Shown one piece after another: positions 47,365 to 56,197 of a stretch of DNA of 64,000 nt (positions are counted from its first letter, which is position 1; every line of letters starts with the position of its first letter). The stretch is from Blastocatellia bacterium (GTDB taxonomy: Bacteria > Acidobacteriota > Blastocatellia > UBA7656), in NCBI GenBank assembly GCA_039648975.1, contig JBBWZK010000135.1:753-64752 (forward strand), in the 5' to 3' direction. Under the pieces are notes generated by a model that had not been told where the DNA came from, made no database searches, and saw only the letters and a list, made by a program, of their open reading frames with translations. A program made the position numbers and the translations under genes.

Positions 47365-50250
47365 ATGACCATTGACAATCAACAAATCGCAGCGACGACC
47401 GAACGGTATAACAAGCGTGAGCGACACCGTCAACGCAACGAGCGGCTGATTAAACAACGGCGTTATCTGGAAGCCGACTCGCCGGCGCGCGTAGAGAAAT
47501 TTCTTGAGCGGCGCGGCATCAGCCGACAGGAAGCTGCCGAAATCCTGCATGAGTCTGCGCCGACAATGATGCCGAGGGCGGGGCGAAACGAGGGGGAGGG
47601 AGTCCCCGCCGCCTTTGAACGCATACTCGGCACCAACGATTTGATGGGGGTTGCCTTCCTCGAACGAGGGCTTCAAGTCGCGCGAACGGTCGGGCGAGTC
47701 TGGATTGCCGTTGCCAGCGGGCGACCGCTTGGGTACGGCACTGGCTTTATGATCTCGCCGCGCCTGCTAATGACCAATAACCATGTTCTCAGCAGTGCGG
47801 TCGACGCGCGAAAGTCTCTCGTAGAGTTCAATTATCAACTCGGTATCGACGGCAATGTCTTGGCGACGACGTCCTTTAGTCTCGATCCGGACACTTTCTT
47901 TTTCACAGATCAGCACCTGGACTATGCGGTGGTTGCTGTGCGGTTGAACAGAGCCGACAACGCAAGCTTGAGCGGCTTTGGCTGGAACCCTCTCTTTGAG
48001 GAGGAGGGCAAGGCCATCATCTCACAACAACTGAATATCATTCAGCACCCGAATGGAGAAGTGAAGCAACTGTGCCTGCGCGAGAACCAGTTGGTGGATG
48101 TTTTTGACGATTTTCTCCAGTACCGGACCGACACAGCACCGGGGTCGTCAGGCTCACCCGTTTACAATGATCGCTGGGAGGTCGTCGGGCTGCATCATTC
48201 AGGTGTAAGAGCCAAGAATGCCGCTGGTCAGATATTAGCGGTTGATGGGCGAATCTGGGACCCGAGCATGGGTGAACATCGCATCAAATGGATTGCCAAT
48301 GAAGGGATTCGTGTCAGTCGGCTCATCAATCACTTGCGCAATCAGCCGATGAATCAGGATCAAAGGCGACTCTGCGATGAGATTCTAACCAAGACGCCGC
48401 CCGCCCCTGGCGAGGCAAGCCCGCTGCCTGTAGCGCCCGTCTCTAGTCAGGTCTTTAGTAATAATGATCATTCAGCACAGGTCGCTGTCGCCTCTGACGG
48501 CACCGCCACATGGACTATCCCGCTATCGGTTTCAATCAGATTGGGCGCCGCCGCCACCCCGGCTACCGTCGCGCAGCCGAAAACCGACGTGGTCACGCCG
48601 CCGGCGATCCTCTCCTCTACGCCGACGCCCGTTCCCCCGCCAGTTTCAAGCGACCCGCAATCAATTCTTTCCGCGGCCCGACGTGAGTTGGGGGCGCGCG
48701 CTGATGTGCTGAGCGTCAGGCTTGGCTATGCATTCAAGGAAGGCTGGATCACCAATGAACGGGCGCTGGTCATCACTGTCCGGCAGAAGCATAGCCCGGC
48801 GGCGTTGCGTGAGGCAGGCATTTCTCCGCTGCCAGAAACCTATATGGGCTTGCCAATCGAAGTAACCAATCCGGCAATCGAGGAACTCGTCACTTTAGCC
48901 CGTGGAACGGCAGCGACTGAAGCCGCTTTTGCCGCACCTGCGACCATGCGCGAGGAGATTGCTTACACGTCTCCGGTTGGAGTTTCTCTCAAACAGCTTC
49001 ATGCGCAAATGCGTGTGATTGCGCATGTCAGCCCCGACGCCGGGTGGCCCAGGTTATCAACATTTTTAGCGGCAACGAAAAAGCGCCTGGTGGTTGGCAT
49101 GTATGACTTTGGCGCTCCTCACATTGCCGACGCGGTGGCGGCTGCCGGAAAGCAAGTCTCATTTAAGAAATTGACGCTGGTGATGCAACACGGTGAAGAT
49201 GTCGGAGACGGAACGAAGGCCAACGACCTGACCGATGATCAGGTCGTTGAGAAATTCAGCGAGGCCTTTCCGAATAAGTTTGAAAACGCCTGGGTCAAAA
49301 TCGGAAGGGTTAATGGCTGGGTGGCTTCATCCTATCATATAAAAGTTGCCGTGCAGGATCAGCGGGTCTTTTGGCTGTCTAGCGGCAACTGGCAATCATC
49401 AAATCAGCCGAATGGTGATCCGCTTAATGAAAACCCACAACGCCGGATGTGGCTTGAGAAGTTCAATCGGGAGTGGCATGTCGTCGTAGAGAATCCTGAC
49501 CTGGCTAAGGTCTTCGAAGCGCATTTGCTCCATGATTTCAACAACAACCTTGGGGTAAGCGAACATGAGAGACAACCGGCGGTCGACCTACCTGACCTGT
49601 TGATTCCCGATGAATTTTTCATGCCCAGTCCACATGAGAGAACGTCACCATTTCAGTACTTCAAGCCGTTTGACGAAAACCGGGTATTTACCGTCAAGCC
49701 ACTGCTGACGCCGGATAATTATCATCAAGAGGTTCTGAAACTGGTGGAAAGCGCCAAGGAAGAATTGCTCATTCAGAACCAGACCTTCAACGCGCCCAAG
49801 CCAGACCATGAGAAACTTCGCGAGTTGCTTGACGCCGTCAAGGCCAGACAGCGTGCGGGCGTCGATGTCCGGGTCATCTTTCGCATCCTTTTCCCCTCAA
49901 AAGCCCGGCAGGTGATCGAGGAGTTGAAGGATTTCGGGTTTGACGTAAGCAACGTGAAGGTGCAGAAGAATTGTCACACCAAAGGCATCATCGTCGATCA
50001 CAAACGTGTGCTACTGGGTAGCCAGAATTTGTCCAACGACGGCGTCTCCGTGAATCGTGATGCCAGTCTGTTGTTTGAGGACGTGTCGCTCGCTAAGTAC
50101 TTCGCTGCTATTTTCGAACACGATTGGAGCAACCTCGCCAAACAAAACATTGGCATGGAGGAGATGCCCATCGAATGGGCCGAGCCCCATGAAAAGACCC
50201 CATCAGGATTTGTCCGACTAAATTGGAAGGAGTATCTGGAGATGTTATAA
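47365..50250 (+). CDS. fusion protein: basic helical N-terminus + trypsin-like serine protease + Pro/Thr linker + two-HKD phospholipase-D-superfamily domain
   Basis: 961 aa, GGAAAGGAAG upstream, no signal peptide. Triad contexts LMTNNHVL, LDYAVVAV, TAPGSSGSPVY. Linker TPPAILSSTPTPVPPPVSS. HKD motifs SYHIKVAVQD...SSGNWQSSN and CHTKGIIVDHKRVLLGSQNLSNDG. Confidence 0.8.
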   Translation: MTIDNQQIAATTERYNKRERHRQRNERLIKQRRYLEADSPARVEKFLERRGISRQEAAEILHESAPTMMPRAGRNEGEGVPAAFERILGTNDLMGVAFLERGLQVARTVGRVWIAVASGRPLGYGTGFMISPRLLMTNNHVLSSAVDARKSLVEFNYQLGIDGNVLATTSFSLDPDTFFFTDQHLDYAVVAVRLNRADNASLSGFGWNPLFEEEGKAIISQQLNIIQHPNGEVKQLCLRENQLVDVFDDFLQYRTDTAPGSSGSPVYNDRWEVVGLHHSGVRAKNAAGQILAVDGRIWDPSMGEHRIKWIANEGIRVSRLINHLRNQPMNQDQRRLCDEILTKTPPAPGEASPLPVAPVSSQVFSNNDHSAQVAVASDGTATWTIPLSVSIRLGAAATPATVAQPKTDVVTPPAILSSTPTPVPPPVSSDPQSILSAARRELGARADVLSVRLGYAFKEGWITNERALVITVRQKHSPAALREAGISPLPETYMGLPIEVTNPAIEELVTLARGTAATEAAFAAPATMREEIAYTSPVGVSLKQLHAQMRVIAHVSPDAGWPRLSTFLAATKKRLVVGMYDFGAPHIADAVAAAGKQVSFKKLTLVMQHGEDVGDGTKANDLTDDQVVEKFSEAFPNKFENAWVKIGRVNGWVASSYHIKVAVQDQRVFWLSSGNWQSSNQPNGDPLNENPQRRMWLEKFNREWHVVVENPDLAKVFEAHLLHDFNNNLGVSEHERQPAVDLPDLLIPDEFFMPSPHERTSPFQYFKPFDENRVFTVKPLLTPDNYHQEVLKLVESAKEELLIQNQTFNAPKPDHEKLRELLDAVKARQRAGVDVRVIFRILFPSKARQVIEELKDFGFDVSNVKVQKNCHTKGIIVDHKRVLLGSQNLSNDGVSVNRDASLLFEDVSLAKYFAAIFEHDWSNLAKQNIGMEEMPIEWAEPHEKTPSGFVRLNWKEYLEML

Positions 50251-50415
50251 ATAACCTGACGTGAATGGTTGTGCTGCTTTTAGCTGCTGCGTAATTTCAG
50301 TCGACTATCAAGGGCCGTATTTGGCGGCTCCATATCCAGTTCGCTCCCCATCCTCAATAATCGACCGGGGACTGAAAAGTGAGCGGCGCAAAGGAAAAAC
50401 CTGATCTTTCAGCTA

Positions 50416-50578
50416 TTAGATCGGCTTGCGATGGGATGTAGGGCAAGCGGTGCAATATGGAGTGCGGTGACTGGTCACCGCTGTGCAGCATTCGATTGCA
50501 ACAAAGCGGCGACCAGTCTCAGCACTCCAAAACAGGCCGCTTCTCCTATGCCCTACACCGATCTGAAATCCGATCTAA
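50416..50578. repeat. nested-palindrome REP-like element (ATGTAGGGCA ... TGCCCTACAC with internal GGAGTGC-N-GCACTCC arms)
   Basis: Read directly. Outer arms ttagatcgg / ccgatctaa. Then atgtagggca (50436) / tgccctacac (50549-50558). Inner arms ggagtgcggtgactggtcaccgct / agcggcgaccagtctcagcactcc. Track ORF 50457..50831 (MECGDWSPLCS...SGDQSQHSK) is its translation artefact. Confidence 0.75.
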
Positions 50579-50601
50579 ATCCACTCATGACATGCGCCGG
50601 T

Positions 50602-51831
50602 TTATAGATAGCTCAACCACCAATCCCGGCGGCGACGCTTCAATTCGGCAAACCAACGGCAAAGCGGATAGAGCAACAAGAGGCCCACTAACCAGAACAC
50701 ATACACCACCCATAACGAAAAGCCCAGATTGCCTGGGTTGGGGCGTGGCTGATCCATTGGCCCGACGAATAGCCAGCCAGTCGGCTGCCCCGCAAGGTAA
50801 CCAACCAGCACGGCCAGCCCGTGTGCCGTGAGCCACTGCCCCACATAAAAAATCAGCGGCACGCGCCCGAACGTAATCAAGACGCTTGAGAGAGTTCCTT
50901 CTCTCTCCCGCTCAACCCAAGAAAGGACAAGCATCGCCGGGCCCAGGGTCATCAGCAAGAATAACAACGAGGGCGGATATTTCGAGACGTTGAGAAAGGA
51001 AAGCACAGTGAACCACCCATTCTCTTGCACGCTCCAGCGGCTCGGATCGCCGTATACGTTCAAGCCTCGCAGCACAACGAAACCGAGTAACAAGCCCGCG
51101 CCCAGTCTGAATAGCATGCGCCGTCGTCGTGCTGCTTCCCATTGATAAAATGCGCCGAAGCAGTAGCCCGCCGCTAACACGCCAACCCAGGGAATCAACG
51201 GATAAAGCAGAAGTCCATACACGTTGGCCGTCAATAAGACCATGCCCTGCTGATGCAATAACATCCAAAACGCATCCGAGACGCCCGACAGCGAGTTGAC
51301 CGAAACCGTAAACGACTGAACCCTGATATGGTCGAGCAGGTTATGCAGCGCGATCATGGCGATACTGCCCACGGCAATGACGCGCAGCGGCAGGTAAATC
51401 AAGCCCGCGAGCAAGATCATCGAAACGCCAATGACCCAGATGACCTGCAACATGAAGGCGAAGTGAAAGTCGAGATTGAACCAGACGATGACGCGAAGGA
51501 CGGTAAGTTCTAGCAGAATTAACCAAAGCCCGCGCGTGATGAGAAACCTCGATAACTCGGCTTTGCTCTTGCAGCGGGCCGCCCGCAGGAACGCGCCAGT
51601 ACCTGCGAGAAAGACAAAGACCGGCGCACAAAAATGAGTCACCCAGCGCGTGAAGAAGAGTAGCGTGTGGGTTTTCGTGAGATCAGTAGGATCGAAATTT
51701 AGCGCCTCGCGATGAAAGTATTCGCGTGTGTGATCGAGCATCATAACGACCATCACAGCCCCGCGCAGCAGATCAATAGCATTGACGCGCCCCCTTCGTT
51801 CGCTCAGATCATTTTGCAGAGCACTTTGCAT
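50602..51831 (-). CDS. DUF1624 / heparan-alpha-glucosaminide N-acetyltransferase-like membrane acyltransferase
   Basis: 409 aa. N-terminal [25 protein letters not shown], about 10 hydrophobic segments. Confidence 0.75.
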   Translation of the reverse strand: MQSALQNDLSERRGRVNAIDLLRGAVMVVMMLDHTREYFHREALNFDPTDLTKTHTLLFFTRWVTHFCAPVFVFLAGTGAFLRAARCKSKAELSRFLITRGLWLILLELTVLRVIVWFNLDFHFAFMLQVIWVIGVSMILLAGLIYLPLRVIAVGSIAMIALHNLLDHIRVQSFTVSVNSLSGVSDAFWMLLHQQGMVLLTANVYGLLLYPLIPWVGVLAAGYCFGAFYQWEAARRRRMLFRLGAGLLLGFVVLRGLNVYGDPSRWSVQENGWFTVLSFLNVSKYPPSLLFLLMTLGPAMLVLSWVEREREGTLSSVLITFGRVPLIFYVGQWLTAHGLAVLVGYLAGQPTGWLFVGPMDQPRPNPGNLGFSLWVVYVFWLVGLLLLYPLCRWFAELKRRRRDWWLSYL

Positions 51832-52171
51832 GACAATCTTCCTTCCGTTCCGTCATCTGTGACAGGCCGTTGACTTGAAGGCTCCAGGTAATCTGGCCGA
51901 CCATAGCCTGCCGCCTCAACAGTAGAGTGATTGTTGAGGTTGGGCAATAATTATGGCACGAACACGCTGAAGGAGGGTGCGAGTTTCTCCGAAAGCGGAA
52001 CGAGTTGTAATTTTGCAGAACACAAATTAGCTATGAGAGCAGCGTCACATGCATTCCCTGCATTTGCAAACTGTATTAAACTCTGTAGCGAGCTATAGGA
52101 TTTGAACTAATAACAACCATGCTCACACGACCTGGCCAAACCAATCAACCCACAGCGTGAAAGTTAGTCCT

Positions 52172-52327
52172 ATGACCGAAATCACCTCCAGACAAGAGCG
52201 CGCCATGCTTGCCAGGCTCACCCTGCCGACTATCAAAGGTGCGGCGGCACAGGCGAACGTCACCGAGCAGACGCTACACCGCTGGCTCAAAGAGGAGGAG
52301 TTGTCTGTCTTGATGGCGCAGAATTGA
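52172..52327 (+). CDS. possible 51-aa helix-turn-helix ORF (below ORF-track cutoff); may be a transposase/terminase-type HTH remnant
   Basis: Hand translation: MTEITSRQERAMLARLTLPTIKGAAAQANVTEQTLHRWLKEEELSVLMAQN. The GAAAQANVTEQTLHRWLK segment looks like an HTH. No clear SD. Ends 20 nt before a REP. Confidence 0.25.
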   Translation: MTEITSRQERAMLARLTLPTIKGAAAQANVTEQTLHRWLKEEELSVLMAQN

Positions 52328-52347
52328 CTTTTGAGCGTTCGGACGTT

Positions 52348-52455
52348 CTAGAGCGATTTTCAAATGCGTTTGCCATGTAGCGCAAGCGGTTAGCTTGCGC
52401 AGTATCGGGCGCAAGCTAACCGCTTGCGCTACATTCAATTGAAAACCGCTCTAAG
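52348..52455. repeat. palindromic GTAGCGCAAGC-type element, two-hairpin copy (opposite orientation to 35206-35315)
   Basis: ctagagcgattttcaaatgcgtttgccatGTAGCGCAAGCggttaGCTTGCGCagtatcggGCGCAAGCtaaccGCTTGCGCTACattcaattgaaaaccgctctaag. Confidence 0.85.
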
Positions 52456-52535
52456 CCTCGACTGACCGCATGAATTGCTTCCTACAGTCTAAGCAGCGCG
52501 TAAGGTGAGGGGTTACCAAGGAACTGCCTGATTAT

Positions 52536-54056
52536 TCATCTGCAAGCGCAAGAGTTATTCGTGATGTTTCTGTCGGTGATGCTGAACATCCGCCCCTGCG
52601 ATAAGAGTTGGATGGAAGCCGTCGCTCGCTTAGCCGAAGTATCAAGGCTCGCCATCACTCTTCTATCCGCCGCGTTGTGCTGAAGGGTGATCTGGCTGCC
52701 GCGCTTCGTAAGTGTGCCGATGCCACCTATAGTCAACCCTGCACAGTTGGTGAATTGGTAATCACCCGTGGTGCTGTTGATCTGTAGGAGGTTGCCGTTG
52801 CTTTCGTCCTGGATGCATAGGTCGAACGGAGGGGGGGCTTCATAGGCACCCATATCCACAACGGCTATCCCATCATGATTTCCATCCTGGATTCGCGGCT
52901 TGCCTTCCAAATCTAGCGATGGAAGATTCGGAGCTGAATTATCACCGGTGTCAATACTTGGAGACGTTAGTTTGAGATGGTAATCGCCCGCTGCTGCATT
53001 GACGAATAGAGGATCAGCCGAAATGTTGCCGTTTATGCCTGTCAAGTTGGGGCAACCTCCACCATATGCGCTCCCGCCCGAGCTATAGATATTATTATTC
53101 ATCAGCATTAACCCGCTGTTGTCGCCGAATCCCATATAGGCAGCATCTTGTCCAGCCTTCGCCACTATTAGATTGTTGACCCATTTATTTTGCGTATTGA
53201 AGGCTCCATTCACACCAGAGCCTTGCTGGCTGTCATTATCGGCAATTGTATTGTTGATGACATCTCCAACATACCCATAAATACCACCGCCAGCTTGCGC
53301 ACTATTGCGTGCAATTAGGTTTTGAATGATGGAGAAGGGGTATCCCGTGCCGAAGATACCTCCACCATAATAAAAAGCGGTGTTCTCTTGGATTCGATTA
53401 TTGCGTATAGCAAGCCGTTCAGCTAGATAAACGTAAAGCCCGCCGCCAAAGTCTGCGGTGTTACGCGAAATGACATTATCAACAACCTCGACATCAGAAC
53501 TGAACGAAACAATTATTCCACCACCGGATGTGCCGCTGAACTCGGTGCGATTGTTCGTTATCACATTTCCCTGGATAAGGGCCGAACTGGCTATCATCCC
53601 AATTCCGCCACCGGTCGCCATACCGATATTGTTGGTTATGATGTTGTTTCTAACTGTCGCAGAGGAACGCTCAATATGCACTCCTCCACCTGAGTAACCG
53701 AAGTCAAATGTTGCTCTTCCATTTCGGATTGTAAAACCGCTGAGGATAGACGAGCGGCTCTCTCCAGATCGAAAGGTAACCACCGAGCCAGCGTGGTTGC
53801 CATCAATGATGGTTATCCCAGGCCCACTTTCCGAAGACACTGTGATGGCCTTCCCCAGAAAGTTGATATTCTCCAAATAGGTTCCTGGCGACACAAGCAC
53901 CGTATCGCCATTCACGGATGCATTAATGGCCTGCTGAATCGTTGGATAATCTGTCGGAACTCTTCTGATGGCGGCACTCGCGTCCACGATGCCCAGGGCG
54001 CAGAAAGCAAGCATGAACAAGAAGACAATGAATCGGCTCGGCAAGGAAATCCTCAT
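52536..54056 (-). CDS. secreted right-handed parallel beta-helix repeat protein
   Basis: 506 aa with a signal peptide (MRISLPSRFIVFLFMLAFCALGIVDASA). Then VPTDYPTIQQAINASVNGDTVLVSPGTYLENINFLGKAITV and many NN.I..N....GGGI-type coils. Confidence 0.75.
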   Translation of the reverse strand: MRISLPSRFIVFLFMLAFCALGIVDASAAIRRVPTDYPTIQQAINASVNGDTVLVSPGTYLENINFLGKAITVSSESGPGITIIDGNHAGSVVTFRSGESRSSILSGFTIRNGRATFDFGYSGGGVHIERSSATVRNNIITNNIGMATGGGIGMIASSALIQGNVITNNRTEFSGTSGGGIIVSFSSDVEVVDNVISRNTADFGGGLYVYLAERLAIRNNRIQENTAFYYGGGIFGTGYPFSIIQNLIARNSAQAGGGIYGYVGDVINNTIADNDSQQGSGVNGAFNTQNKWVNNLIVAKAGQDAAYMGFGDNSGLMLMNNNIYSSGGSAYGGGCPNLTGINGNISADPLFVNAAAGDYHLKLTSPSIDTGDNSAPNLPSLDLEGKPRIQDGNHDGIAVVDMGAYEAPPPFDLCIQDESNGNLLQINSTTGDYQFTNCAGLTIGGIGTLTKRGSQITLQHNAADRRVMASLDTSAKRATASIQLLSQGRMFSITDRNITNNSCACR

Positions 54057-54402
54057 AAGATAACTCCTTAACCATTATGGGTAAATTGCGGTCTTACGCA
54101 TGGAACGTATCTCATACTGCATCGACTATCTGTGGATCATTGACAGCCATCACAGCTCGACGTGACAGCGGACACAGTATAGAAATCATCTGAAAAGAGC
54201 AAGCCCTTGCTAGGGCGTCGGAATCCCCTCTCTATTCCCTCTGGAACATCTTGTCGTCATTCGGTGTCCAAAGCATTAGCACACTTTGAGTCTTTTGAGC
54301 GCCCGCCGATTCGTTATGTCTACTTGCTGAATTGGAATCACGCCGGCTTTTTGCGCGATTCCCAAGAGAGCGCCTTATACCATAGTCAGGAGGATATGAC
54401 TC

Positions 54403-55182
54403 ATGTCAATACCCATCGCTCTTTATCTGGCTTCTAGCCAGGCCGCTTTGCTTATCGCTCAAGCCTCAGTCGGGCCGGATGGCCCAGCCGCCGGTGAGAA
54501 CTTGTCACTGCTCGAAATGCTTCACCGGATGCAGTGGCCAGCCAGAATGGTCGCGATCATTCTAGCCATTATGAGTATCTACTCGATCAGCGTGATGATC
54601 GAGCGATGGCTTACATTTAATGCTGCACGGAACCAGTCAAGGCAGTTTATACCTAAAGCCGCGGCGGCGCTCCGCGATCAGGAAATAAACAACGCCCTAA
54701 CGGTTTCTGAACAACATAAGAAATCCCACCTGGCAATTGTCATCAACGCCGGCTTGCAAGAATATCTTTTACAACAAGAAGTAGACAATCCTGGCGAGCT
54801 TACTGAAGCACTACACGAGGCACTGGATCGCGCCAGGGCACTGAAGATGGCTGAACTGAGTCGGGGGTTATCTGGACTTGCGACGATTGGCTCAACCGCT
54901 CCATTCGTGGGACTGTTGGGCACAGTCATTGGAATCATCAATGCTTTTCAAGGGATGAGAGTGGCTGAAGGAACCGGTATTGGTGCAGTCGCAGGAGGAA
55001 TTTCCGAAGCCCTCATTGAGACAGGATTTGGTCTGATCGTCGCGATTCCTGCGGTTTGGACGTTCAACCATTTCAATCATCGCCTTGAATCATTCAGAGT
55101 TGAAATGAATAACTCATCATCTGAATTGCTGGCCTATCTGAAGAAGCATTGGAGAAACAGAGCAAAAAGCGCCAGTGAGTAG
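54403..55182 (+). CDS. MotA/TolQ/ExbB-family proton-channel protein (no ExbD/TolR/MotB partner adjacent)
   Basis: 259 aa, three TM segments. LATIGSTAPFVGLLGTVIGIINAF and ISEALIETGFGLIVAIPAV are family signatures. Confidence 0.8.
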   Translation: MSIPIALYLASSQAALLIAQASVGPDGPAAGENLSLLEMLHRMQWPARMVAIILAIMSIYSISVMIERWLTFNAARNQSRQFIPKAAAALRDQEINNALTVSEQHKKSHLAIVINAGLQEYLLQQEVDNPGELTEALHEALDRARALKMAELSRGLSGLATIGSTAPFVGLLGTVIGIINAFQGMRVAEGTGIGAVAGGISEALIETGFGLIVAIPAVWTFNHFNHRLESFRVEMNNSSSELLAYLKKHWRNRAKSASE

Positions 55183-55423
55183 AAATATAGGCAAATGAAA
55201 TCAACAAAGCCGCCGTTAAAGTGAAAAGAATTGCTTGCTTTGTCATTACTCAAGTCCTGCGCACTGTCTGACGCAGGTGGGCCGAACGCTTCCGTTCAGG
55301 AAGCGGGCGACCGGTCTCGCAAGTAATCAATCGAAGCGCGCTGCGGCGGCTCCGGTGAAATGTAGAGTCAGGTTCAGCCGTGGCTTAATATTAAGCGGTG
55401 GAGATGAAAGAAGCTGAAGCTGC

Positions 55424-55600
55424 TTATCGAGTGGTAAGCCGATCTATGACTCCTTTGGCAATTTCAAGTGCGGTTTCTCTTTTTGAGTACAACATGGGCG
55501 GTCTATAACCGAGTATTCTAGGAATCTGGTATTTCCACCCTTTGCCAGTTTTCGTAAGCTGAATTTCGTGTCCCTTGTAATCTTCTTTGTAATCTACCAT
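55424..55600 (-). CDS. possible 58-aa ORF (hand-found), second gene of a small AT-rich pair
   Basis: MVDYKEDYKGHEIQLTKTGKGWKYQIPRILGYRPPMLYSKRETALEIAKGVIDRLTTR. Its ATG lies 12 nt after the stop of the upstream small ORF. Below the ORF-track size cutoff. No family recognised. Confidence 0.3.
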   Translation of the reverse strand: MVDYKEDYKGHEIQLTKTGKGWKYQIPRILGYRPPMLYSKRETALEIAKGVIDRLTTR

Positions 55601-55612
55601 AACTACTTTCGA

Positions 55613-55777
55613 CTAAGTTCCCCCGCCAGTTACCAAAACACGCACCTTATGTTCAGGATATTTTTTAAGATGATCATTCACTTCTTGTTTGGACTGGGCC
55701 TGTTCCTGACACCTCTTCCCGTTCCACTTGCAGGTTTGGCAAAGCGCGAGCCATTCTTTCTTCACTTCCTTTTTCAT
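55613..55777 (-). CDS. possible 54-aa Lys/Cys-containing ORF (hand-found), first gene of a small pair
   Basis: MKKEVKKEWLALCQTCKWNGKRCQEQAQSKQEVNDHLKKYPEHKVRVLVTGGGT. Strong SD AAGGAG 5 nt upstream of the ATG. CxxCx6C. Confidence 0.35.
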   Translation of the reverse strand: MKKEVKKEWLALCQTCKWNGKRCQEQAQSKQEVNDHLKKYPEHKVRVLVTGGGT

Positions 55778-56197
55778 TTATCTCCTTTAGGAGAATAATT
55801 GTAACACACTGATAGCCTCCGAAGCTCTCCTATAAGCAGAAGAAAAGGTCAGACTGCGAATCAAGCGCTCTTTCAAATTTCTCTTGGCTTCCTCTTCTAC
55901 ACCTCTCTTCTTGTAGTATGCTGCTCTGCGTCAGGCTGTTTTTCGTTTGTTCTACGAACGCCTGGCAGTCGGGCATGCCGCAGCCTCTGCACGAGAAATG
56001 CCATAGCCACCTGACTTCCTCGAACAGAGAGAGTTAGTGGACAGGCTTTCACTACATGACCCGAAAATATGTCTGATGGTATCTCGGATTGAAGTCAATC
56101 GAGGGATTGAACTCCACGTGGACGTTTTGAAAGTCCACATCAGGGTCAGTTTGGAATTCGTGTTTTCTTCTTACAAAACAACCCAGGTCAGGGATAT

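Noticed and set aside
50457-50831. 124-aa ORF MECGDWSPLCS...SGDQSQHSK
   Set aside because: Its 5' part is a translation of the nested palindromic repeat at 50416-50578. Its 3' part is antisense to the DUF1624 gene.
52084-52107. tRNA-like fragment: the reverse complement reads GTTCAAATCCTATAGCTCGCTAC, resembling a T-loop plus acceptor 3' half, a possible att-site remnant
   Set aside because: The sequence upstream on that strand does not supply a matching T-stem 5' half, anticodon arm or acceptor 5' strand. So there is no tRNA gene, and a ~23-nt resemblance is too weak to call an integration scar.
54403-55182. ExbB/MotA-like gene as part of a Zorya-type defence system
   Set aside because: At 259 aa it is the size of ordinary ExbB/TolQ, far shorter than ZorA. 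No ZorB/MotB-like or other Zorya genes are adjacent.
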